NCBI GenBank assembly: GCA_965217775.1
Contig: CBDCJH010000002.1
Coordinates: forward strand, 4,608,001 to 4,672,000
DNA from: Acidobacteriota bacterium
GTDB lineage: Bacteria; Acidobacteriota; UBA6911; RPQK01; JAJDTT01
Direction: 5' to 3'
Length of the DNA: 64,000 nt
Shown here: in pieces, positions 51,232 through 59,317 of the stretch
Position numbering within the stretch: position 1 is the first letter of the stretch
Layout of the letters: each line of letters opens with the position of its first letter
Position numbers and translations under genes: made by a program
Notes under the pieces: model-generated
Database searches by the model: none
Seen by the model: the letters and a program-made list of their open reading frames with translations, nothing else
What the model was told of the DNA's origin: nothing

Positions 51232-52701
51232 CTAATCGTACTCTCCGAAGTCACGCTCTCCGAAAGAGTTCCGTCTGAAAACCACCAAACGCTTCGACCC
51301 GCCCTTCTTCAAACTGCCCAAGAGGAGCCAGAGCACCAAATACAGATAACGGGGAAAGAAGAGGAGCGCCTTGAGTATCTTTCTCAGAATCAGTCGCGGA
51401 AGATAATCCGTGGCTAAAGACGGCATTCTCCAAAGATTGAGCAGACCACGTGGGGTCCGTCTCAGATACCAACAGTCCCGATTCTCATTGAACACCAGGC
51501 GAGCCCGAGCCGGCAGCAGAAGAAACATCAGCTTGTGGAGCCGGAATACGGGGCGGCCCGAAAAGATCGCCGCCAAGACATCCACTCTCGTCCTGGCCAG
51601 TTTCAATATCGTCCGCAGGTTGGCCAGGGTCTGCCCGGATTCATAGGTGACTACTTCCGAGACTTCCGGCCAGGACTCATAGAGCGTCTTTTTCGTCTTC
51701 GGACCGAACACTCGAATCCGGCCGGGACCGATTATCTTCCGATCCTGGAGTCGTCCAAAAACCTCCGTAGCGTATGAGTCCGCCTCGGTGGGTAGGAACA
51801 GAATCGTCGACTCCCACCTGGAACGAATTAAAGGAGTCCGCCACAGATTGAACAGTCCCCGCGGAGTCCGTCTCAGATACCAACAGTCCCCATGCTCATT
51901 GAAGACCAAGCGAGATCGAGCCGGGAGCAGAAGAAACATCAGCTTCTGGAGCCGGAAAACGGGTCGACCGGAAAAGATCGCCGCTATGACATCCACTCTC
52001 GTCCTGGCCAGCCGTAAAATGGCCCGCAGATTGTCCAGGATCCGTTCGGAGTCATAGGCGAATACTTCCGAGACTTCCGGCTGAGACTCATAGAGTGTCT
52101 TTTTGGTTTTCGAGCAGAACACTCGGACTTGGCCGGGACCTACGATCTTCCGGTCCCGGAGTTTTCCAAAGACGTCTAGAGCACCAGCGTCCGCCTCGGT
52201 GGGCAGATACAGGATCGTCGACTCCTTGGCGGGAAGGTTTCCAACGTAGCGGCTTCTTCGAAGAATTGCCCGGATGTTCGCAAATTTCAAAAGGTAGGGC
52301 TGCATCCGTCCATCGAAGATCAAACGGCGCCTGACGGGAAGCAGAAAGAAGAGAAGCTTCTGTTTTCTGAAGACGGGGCGACGGCTGAAGACCGCACAAA
52401 TAAGATCCGGGTCGAATTTGGAAATTCTCCGCCAGAGGCCCGCGACCCGATAGTCCCCTCGCCGGGGTAAGAGTATCAACTCGACATCCGGCAGATCCTC
52501 GAAGGATCCAATATCCTCTTGCCGGCACACCATGGCCAGCTTACACGCCGGATGCAAGCCGGGTTTCCGCAGCTTTTCCACAGCGGCACGCACAAGTACC
52601 GGATGCTCGGTTTGAAGCATCAGGCACCGGGCGACGGCCCGGGGGGGTTGGACGCGGCGCTGCTTTCGCCCCTGCAGCCTATCCATTGGACGGTCAGCCA
52701 T
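51232..52701 (-). CDS. Hypothetical protein with three tandem ~137-aa domains
   Basis: D.(I/L).A(V/I)FS.RPVFR..KL.F.LLP occurs three times; lower GC. Confidence 0.75.
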   Translation of the reverse strand: MADRPMDRLQGRKQRRVQPPRAVARCLMLQTEHPVLVRAAVEKLRKPGLHPACKLAMVCRQEDIGSFEDLPDVELILLPRRGDYRVAGLWRRISKFDPDLICAVFSRRPVFRKQKLLFFLLPVRRRLIFDGRMQPYLLKFANIRAILRRSRYVGNLPAKESTILYLPTEADAGALDVFGKLRDRKIVGPGQVRVFCSKTKKTLYESQPEVSEVFAYDSERILDNLRAILRLARTRVDVIAAIFSGRPVFRLQKLMFLLLPARSRLVFNEHGDCWYLRRTPRGLFNLWRTPLIRSRWESTILFLPTEADSYATEVFGRLQDRKIIGPGRIRVFGPKTKKTLYESWPEVSEVVTYESGQTLANLRTILKLARTRVDVLAAIFSGRPVFRLHKLMFLLLPARARLVFNENRDCWYLRRTPRGLLNLWRMPSLATDYLPRLILRKILKALLFFPRYLYLVLWLLLGSLKKGGSKRLVVFRRNSFGERDFGEYD

Positions 52702-53199
52702 GGTTCATACTGGGGAATCTCCTTTTTTGGCCTTCACCGATGACCGCCACATCTCCAGTCGGGTCGAGGTTGCTGAGCACCAACTGCACCGACCATCGCC
52801 TCCGTCCAAGTAGTCGGGGAAGACCAAGGTCGTCTCCCCTTCTGAATTCTCCGTCTGGTGTGAGAGGGAGTCGCTGGCGGACCGCCGGGCGTTCTCGGAC
52901 GGCTGAGCAGGCTCTTGCGTCTATGACGAGACCAGCAACAGCAACAATGCCGACGAAGATCCCCAGAATATCTTCATGGCAAGAACTCTTTCGCTACGTT
53001 TGCAGTCGATCCCGTACGGTTCCTAACCACGACCCCGACGGAACCAGTCGATGCTCACATCGCTCGCTTCCCGGCCGCGGTCAGCCTTTGCCCTCAACGA
53101 TCTCCTTTCACAAGTTGGAGTGACGGCAAGTGAGATGCGAAGCATCGTGAAAATAGGAACTAGAGCAGTTTACACAAGTAAAGTGAGATTTCAACCTGG

Positions 53200-53308
53200 G
53201 AGGCTGTCCGAGAACTCGAAAAATCACGATCCAGAAAAAACTATCTCCTTATAAATCAATAACTTAAATCTGTCGATTTGGATGAAAATCGCATTCTCGG
53301 ACAGCCTC
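53200..53308. mobile_element. 109-bp MITE (IS5/IS1182-like ends)
   Basis: TIR GAGGCTGTCCGAGAA / TTCTCGGACAGCCTC; TSD CTGG. Confidence 0.85.
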
Positions 53309-53484
53309 CTGGAATGGTGATATTTGGGTGATTTCTTGCACCAATCCGGGATCCTTGCGACACAGAGGGCTCGGCTTCAGCTCCGGCTCGGGCAGGGACG
53401 AGATGAGCGCCCGGCTGGCCGCCGTAGGGGCCGTCCCTAACCCCAAGTCACCCGCAGAAGCTGGTTCGGGCGTTTTAGGGGCGT

Positions 53485-54166
53485 GGGCGATTTCCAATCG
53501 CTCACGCTCACTCCGGAGGTCGGCGGCTGGAAACCGCCGCTCCTTTTCGGCAGGAGAGGCGATTTCCAGTCGCCCACTCCCCGCATTCCCACACACCGCT
53601 TTCGCTCGCGCTCTCTCCGGAGGTCGGCGGCTGGAAACCGCCGCTCCTTTTCGGCAGGAGGGGCGATTTCCAGTCGCCCACTCCCCGCATTCCCACACAC
53701 CGCTATCGCTCACGCTCACTCCGGAAGTCGGCGGCTGGAAACCGCCGCTCCTTTTCGGCAGGAGGGGCGATTTCCAGTCGCCCACTCCCCGCATTCCCAC
53801 ACACCCGCTATCGCTCGCGCTCACTCCGGAGGTCGGCGGCTGGAAACCGCCGCTCCTTTTCGGCAGGAGGGGCGATTTCCAGTCGCCCACTCCCCGCATT
53901 CCCACACATCGCTATCGCTGGCGCTCTCTCCGGAAGTCGGCGGCTGGAAACCGCCGCTCCTTTTCGGCAGGAGGGGCGATTTCCAGTCGCCCACTCCCCG
54001 CATTCCCACACACTGCTATCGCTCGCGCTCATTCCGGAGGTCGGCGGCTGGAAACCGCCGCTCCTTTTCGGCAGGAGGGGCGATTTCCAGTCGCCCACTC
54101 CCCGCATTCCCACACATCGCTATCGCTGGCGCTCATTCCGGAGGTCGGCGGCTGGAAACCGCCGCT
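53485..54166. repeat. BIME-like REP array, ~6.5 units of 104-105 bp
   Basis: REP-B at 53521, 53625, 53729, 53834, 53938, 54042, 54146 alternating with REP-A. Confidence 0.93.
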
Positions 54167-54185
54167 TGTCTGTTTAAATAGGCCC

Positions 54186-54346
54186 GTCCGGGTCGCTCAT
54201 GAGCGACCCGGACGGCGGTGGCTGGACCGTACCGCCGCGGACCATTACGAACCGTTTGGGAGTGAGGTCGGCCACCGTCTTTCCCGATGTCCTGAATGGA
54301 TACAAGGGCATCAAGGCCCGAATGACAAGCACAGGAGACAGGAAAG
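54186..54346 (+). ncRNA. Predicted bridge RNA of IS110 element 2
   Basis: 5' palindrome; target loop with ACCGCCGC and GGAG; donor loop with ATGGATAC and GACAAG. Confidence 0.82.
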
Positions 54347-55294
54347 ATGAATCAGCATACCGTAGGCATCGACATCTCGAAAGCGCACCTGGACGCGCAC
54401 CGGCTGGCCGACGGCCATTCCGCCCAGTTCGACAATGACCCGGCCGGCTTCCGGGCGCTGATCGATTGGATCGGAACTCCGGTCGAGTGCGTCGTCTACG
54501 AGGCCACCGGCCCCTACCACCGGGACCTCGAGGAAGCGCTGTCCAAAGCGAAGCTGCCGCTGGCGAAGGTGAACCCCTGGCAGGCGCGGCGCTTCGCCGA
54601 GGCGACCGGGAGCCGTGCCAAGACCGACGCCGTAGACGCTCGGAAACTGGCCCAGTTGGCCGCCAGCCTGGATCCGCGCCGGACCCCGGCACCGTCGAAA
54701 ACGCAACGCCGGCTCCAGGAAATGCAGATGGTCCGGGACGGGCTGATGCGCCAGCGCACGGCCACGCTCAACCGCCGCCAACAGCTCCGCGAACCCGTGT
54801 TGAAACAGCAGCACCAGACCCAGATCAACATGTTCGAGCGCCACGTGCGCACCATCGACCGCAAAATGCAGACGCTGATCGCGGCCGACGAGGCGCGGGC
54901 CCGCAAGCTGGAGATCCTCACCTCCATCCCGGGGATCGCGGCCACCACCGCCGCCGGTCTGCTGGCCGAGATGCCCGAGCTGGGCGCCCTCAGCGGCAAG
55001 GCCGCCGCCAGTCTGGCCGGGTTGGCCGCCGTTCCGCGCGAGTCGGGGGCTTGGCAGGGCCGGGCGTTCATCCGGGGCGGACGGGCGCGGGCGCGACGGC
55101 TCCTGTACATGCCGGCGGTGTCCGCCCTGCGCTGGAACCCCGACTTGGCCGAGGTGTACCGGAGGCTGAGAGAGCGCGGCAAGCCCGGCAAGGTGGCCCT
55201 CGTCGCCGTCATGCGCAAGCTCATCGTCCTGGCCAACACCCTCGTCCGGCAGGACCGCACCTGGTTGCCCGTCGCACCCCGCGTGGTCTCCTGA
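54347..55294 (+). CDS. IS110-family recombinase (DEDD)
   Basis: VGIDISK, YEATG, KTDAVDA, SIPGI, GLAAVPRESG. Confidence 0.95.
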   Translation: MNQHTVGIDISKAHLDAHRLADGHSAQFDNDPAGFRALIDWIGTPVECVVYEATGPYHRDLEEALSKAKLPLAKVNPWQARRFAEATGSRAKTDAVDARKLAQLAASLDPRRTPAPSKTQRRLQEMQMVRDGLMRQRTATLNRRQQLREPVLKQQHQTQINMFERHVRTIDRKMQTLIAADEARARKLEILTSIPGIAATTAAGLLAEMPELGALSGKAAASLAGLAAVPRESGAWQGRAFIRGGRARARRLLYMPAVSALRWNPDLAEVYRRLRERGKPGKVALVAVMRKLIVLANTLVRQDRTWLPVAPRVVS

Positions 55295-55713
55295 GCCCAC
55301 GGAGCGACCCGAGGAGGAGAGGGGACGTGTCGGGTCCCCCAAGGAACGTCTGTAGAACTTCCGGTCAGGCCTGGCCGGAAGCTTGCTTACGGCCATGAAA
55401 GCTCTTCACGCCCTGGGGAGCGTCGGGTCACCCGAAGGGGCGCAGCGAAGCGGAGGAGCCGGAGGCTTGACCCGGCGCTCCCCAGGGCGTATCCGGACCT
55501 CCCGGAGGACTGACGTCGACGATCTCAGGCCCCTCGATCCAGTTGATCGGTCCACTCATCGCCCCCTCCACGGCACCCGGCGGATCCAGTCCGATCTCCG
55601 CCTCACCTCCGGCGGAAGAACCCTCCTCCTAACCCTGTGCCCTTTGGACCGGACAGATCACGTACTAACGACACGGGATGGAAAGGGTGCACGACAAAAA
55701 AGTGACGACCGGG

Positions 55714-57005
55714 TCAAGCTGCGGCTTTGGAATTGGCTCGCCATTCCCAGAAGTCCTCAAAACGTCCACTGAGTCGAACGCACCGAAGGGCCATGATCGA
55801 ATTAGCTCCCCGCACACTCCAATGCATCCCGGAACGTTTGAGTCGTGCCCCGATGGCGTTTTTGCATCCGGCTTCCACCACCCCGGTTGAGGTGCAGAGT
55901 CCCTGGGCCTCGAACTGCGCGTAACGCACGATGTCGATGCTCTTGGAAATAGGTGCAGGCCGCTTTTCCCTCCTCGTGGTGAGAGGCCTCGGTGGCGAGG
56001 ACCGACAGGAGGGTCTCGATCCGACCGGCATCGAGTTCCGCGCAACGTTGTTGGGCCCACTCCTGCCCGGACTGGCGGTCGGCATACAGACTCTTCGAGA
56101 GCGTATGGAGTCGCTCTTTGGCGTGAAAACGATCGACAATCTGCACCGCCTCCGGGAAGAGCTCGCCGGAGAGATTCCAGATCCACCTCGCTCCGTCTCC
56201 CAGGACGACTTGCCGTGGCGCTTGCCCAAAACGGCGTCGTTGGCTTTCGCGCTCGACTCGCTCTCGCGAACTCCGAAAGCTGGGGGTCCGTATCCAGGGT
56301 GGCGGCGCTCTCGATGGCCGCGGTGTAGGTGACCGAGTGCGGGTCGCGCTGGGGCCGACCCTGGGCGTCCCGTCGCTCGGCACTCCAGACCGTACAGAGC
56401 TTGGCTTCGCGGGTTCGGGCCGACCCATCAGGCTGTTTGCCCGCCCGCCCCTGCACCTCGGTCGATCGCATCGGCACCCCAGTGCCGTCCAGGCCCAGAT
56501 AGAGCGTCGAGGGCAAAGGGAGCCCCGAGTCGGGCTCCCGGGTCTGGCGTTCATAGCCCGCGACTTGCTCTCCCAGAGCCTGGGCCGACCGCTGCACCTG
56601 TTTGGTGCCCACGTCCACTCCGGCCAACTCCTCCAACAACTGACTGCTTTCCTGAAAGCTGACCATGGAGGCGACCGCCCCCACCATCCGCATCAGGGCG
56701 GGAGACAAGGAACTCCCCTCCAGTCCCAGCGCTCGATCTCGGGGACAGAAGCCATGGCTGCAATCCCCGCAGTGATAGTAGGCGCGCGCCAATCGCATCG
56801 GTCCCAGCACGGTGACGAACTCTTTGGTCCGCCGACCCGCGTAGCGCGCGCTCCCTCCACAGGAGCAGTTGTGGCGGGGAGTGGCGTCGGAATGATCCTG
56901 GTTCAGATGCGTTTCCACCGTCCGGGCCGCCAGCTCGAGGACTTGACGCCGGAGGGCTGTCTCCAGCGCTTCAAAGTCCAGGGCGGCGGCGGCCGCGGGT
57001 CCCAT
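55714..57005 (-). pseudogene. ISKra4 transposase with frameshifts
   Basis: Motifs spread over three frames: YLGLDGTGVP; LGDGARWIW..VDRFHA; GVVEAGCK..RLKRSGMHWS. Confidence 0.85.
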
Positions 57006-57424
57006 CAGGGTCCGGACTTCTCGCTGGATTTCTTGGGCCAGCGTTTTTTGGAGCCCTTTTTTTGGCCCTTCCGGGCCGGAGAGGCGTCCAGCTTAGCCTG
57101 GCAAATCTGCTCGCTGACCTCCACCAACTCCTTCACCAAGCTCCGCAATCGGCGATACTCGCCGATCTGCTCTCGAGTCCGTTGGACGGCCGGCCCCGGG
57201 GGAATGATCTTGGTCACGGTCTTGCCCGCCACGCGACGGGTCAAGGAGAAACTGGGCCCGTGGCCCCGGTCGCCGGGCTGGGCGCAGTGACAGTTGGGCT
57301 TGCCGCAACGGCGGTAACGGGCCACCAGGGACCCGGGCCGGAGATCACCGAGTTCGAGCAAGGCCTGCAGCAACTGCTGGCGACGTCGTTGAAGCTGGGG
57401 CTGAGGGGAAACGCCTGGAGACAT
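57005..57424 (-). CDS. ISKra4-associated ORF (DUF6788-like)
   Basis: RPGSL..YRRCGKPNCHC...GHGP. Confidence 0.85.
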   Translation of the reverse strand: MSPGVSPQPQLQRRRQQLLQALLELGDLRPGSLVARYRRCGKPNCHCAQPGDRGHGPSFSLTRRVAGKTVTKIIPPGPAVQRTREQIGEYRRLRSLVKELVEVSEQICQAKLDASPARKGQKKGSKKRWPKKSSEKSGP

Positions 57425-57596
57425 GGGCACACTCCTCTCTGACAGTTATAGCAACTGACAGACAATCTAAGCCCAATCTCTGACGTTGTCTGGCCTCCAC
57501 CACCAGCATCACTTTCGTGTCGTGCACCCGGATGGAAACACCGATTAGCACCCACCACTTGCAACATGGATACTCCTCTCCTTTCGTTGATTTTGC

Positions 57597-58268
57597 TTGG
57601 TGAACGTTTGGAACTTTGTGTCATGCGACTCAAAGAATCGGCGGCTGGGAAACCGCACCCGCTTCTATCTCGACCCTTATAGGGCCGTTGATGTTCACCA
57701 CAACCGCCTACCCCACTGGCAGCAAGGTGACAAATTCGTCTTCGTGACTTGGCGGCTGGGAGATTCGCTTCCCCAAGCCAAACTGGATCAGTGGCGGGAG
57801 GAGCAGAAGCTCTGGTTGAAACACCATCCTCGACCTTGGAATTCTCAGACAGCGCGACGCTACCGCAATCGTTTCTCCGGACGGATCAACGACTGGTTGG
57901 ATCAAGGCAACGGGTCGTGCGTCCTCAGGGATCCGGCGTTGGCAAAGATCGTGGCTGACTCCTTGCGGCATTTCGATGGCCGGCGTTACGAACTGGAATC
58001 CTTCATCGTGATGCCCAACCACGTCCATGTGCTGTTTCGCCCTCTTGGCTCTAATCGACTCGGGGATATCTTGAGGTCTTGGAAGCTATTTACGGCTCGC
58101 CAGATCAACCAGAAGACCGGAAGGTCGGCCAAGCTCTGGCAGAAAGATTATTGGGACCGGTTGATCAGGCACGAGACACACTTTTTGCAGTGTTTGGAAT
58201 ACATCCGCGAGAACCCGGCGAAAGCCGGGTTGAGAGAAGGGGAGTTTGTATTGTTCGAGAAGGTTTAG
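57597..58268 (+). CDS. rayT: REP-associated tyrosine transposase (RAYT, HUH Y1)
   Basis: LPHW, FVTWRL.DSLP, MPNHVH, WQKDYWDRLIR, YIRENP; REP-flanked; start uncertain. Confidence 0.9.
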   Translation: MVNVWNFVSCDSKNRRLGNRTRFYLDPYRAVDVHHNRLPHWQQGDKFVFVTWRLGDSLPQAKLDQWREEQKLWLKHHPRPWNSQTARRYRNRFSGRINDWLDQGNGSCVLRDPALAKIVADSLRHFDGRRYELESFIVMPNHVHVLFRPLGSNRLGDILRSWKLFTARQINQKTGRSAKLWQKDYWDRLIRHETHFLQCLEYIRENPAKAGLREGEFVLFEKV

Positions 58269-58326
58269 GAGGGGCGATTTCCAGTCGCCCACTCCCCCCA
58301 TTCCCACACACCGCTATCGCTCGCGC

Positions 58327-59307
58327 TCACTCCGGAGGTCGAGCGTCCCTCCCAGTGTAGTTCGTGAAATGGTCCTTCATCTGGGAGCGGGTGAGATGAC
58401 CCGTGTGGATCAGAATGCGGTAGAGAAGGAGGGCCGACTGGCCGGGGTTCAGGGAGAAGTTCAGGGGCGGGGCGCCTTTTTCGAAGTCCGCCCGGCCGAA
58501 AGGGTTGGCGGCGAAGAGGCCGTAGGCGCGGGCGTGCCAGTAGGTGGGATAACGGACGCTGCGAGGATGGTTCATGATGGCCAGGGTCAGATCCTCGCCC
58601 TCGACCGATCCGCGTAAGGCCATCCACGGAGATGGTTTGCCCCAGACGTGCTCCGCCCGCTCGAGACCTTCGGCGTTGAGGTAGCGGCCGGTGCGGTCCT
58701 CGCGCAGATCGGAGGCGACGCGGATGGCCAGCAAACCCTCCTCGATGTCGCCGAAGGTGACCGGCTCCTCTTGGGCGGTGAGCGTGATCTTCAGGTCGAG
58801 GGTTCGCCATTCGGGTCCGGTTTGGATGGTCACCCGGGAGGTTTGCTTAAGCAGGACCTTGCCGGTGGGGGCGACCCAGTTGGCGGTGGCGCCCAGGATG
58901 CCTTGCTGCCCTCCTTCCATTCGTGTGAAGCCAGTGTGCCGGATCCTTCCGCTTCCCGGGTTGTCCCCCCGGGGAGGGAACTTGGACCAGAAGTCCACGC
59001 CGTTGACGTTGCGGTAGGTGAGGAAGACGCCTTCGTGTTGCCAATGGTCGGTCTGCTCCCCGGGGATGCCGAACTCCATGGGGAATCCGCGGGTGATCCG
59101 GTGCCCCCCAGGACTGAGCAGGGGATGGAAGATGGGTTTGTGCAGGCCGATACCGTAGTGGTAAGAGGCGAAGAGCGCCTCGCCGGCATAGATGTCCACC
59201 CGCGCCGCGTCGGTCTTGATGATGCGGATCCGGTGAGGAGATTCGGCTGAGGCGGCGGACGGAACGAGCCAGGCGAGCAGCAACGCGGCAGACGTTAAGC
59301 GCCTCAT
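58327..59307 (-). CDS. DUF6807/PmoA-named family secreted protein (not a methane monooxygenase)
   Basis: KPIFHPL, TRGFP, DHWQHEG, WHARAYGLFAANPFG; signal peptide. Confidence 0.82.
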   Translation of the reverse strand: MRRLTSAALLLAWLVPSAASAESPHRIRIIKTDAARVDIYAGEALFASYHYGIGLHKPIFHPLLSPGGHRITRGFPMEFGIPGEQTDHWQHEGVFLTYRNVNGVDFWSKFPPRGDNPGSGRIRHTGFTRMEGGQQGILGATANWVAPTGKVLLKQTSRVTIQTGPEWRTLDLKITLTAQEEPVTFGDIEEGLLAIRVASDLREDRTGRYLNAEGLERAEHVWGKPSPWMALRGSVEGEDLTLAIMNHPRSVRYPTYWHARAYGLFAANPFGRADFEKGAPPLNFSLNPGQSALLLYRILIHTGHLTRSQMKDHFTNYTGRDARPPE

Positions 59308-59317
59308 TTCTAGATTT

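Larger units (their letters stand above)
55685..57529 (-). mobile_element. ISKra4-family element
   Basis: TIR GGGTGCACGAC; 9-bp TSD GGATGGAAA at 55676-55684 and 57530-57538. Confidence 0.9.
54167..57574 (+). mobile_element. IS110-family element 2 inserted in a REP (CT core), with ISKra4 nested in its right end
   Basis: Left junction ACCGCCG-CT|TGTCTG, right ATGGATA-CT|CCTCT; removal restores the REP end ACCGCCGCTCC. Confidence 0.88.

Noticed and set aside
51400-52230. DGR template/variable repeat pair
   Set aside because: Both copies are in-frame domains of one ORF, I see no adenine-specific pattern, and there is no reverse transcriptase in the window
53485-54166. CRISPR array
   Set aside because: Intervening segments are near-identical, the repeats are the window-wide REPs, there are no cas genes, and a RAYT is adjacent
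53264-54350. Repeat-protein ORFs over the REP array
   Set aside because: Translations of non-coding repeats in several frames
58327-59307. Particulate methane monooxygenase pmoA
   Set aside because: Soluble secreted protein of the misleadingly named family; no pmoC or pmoB
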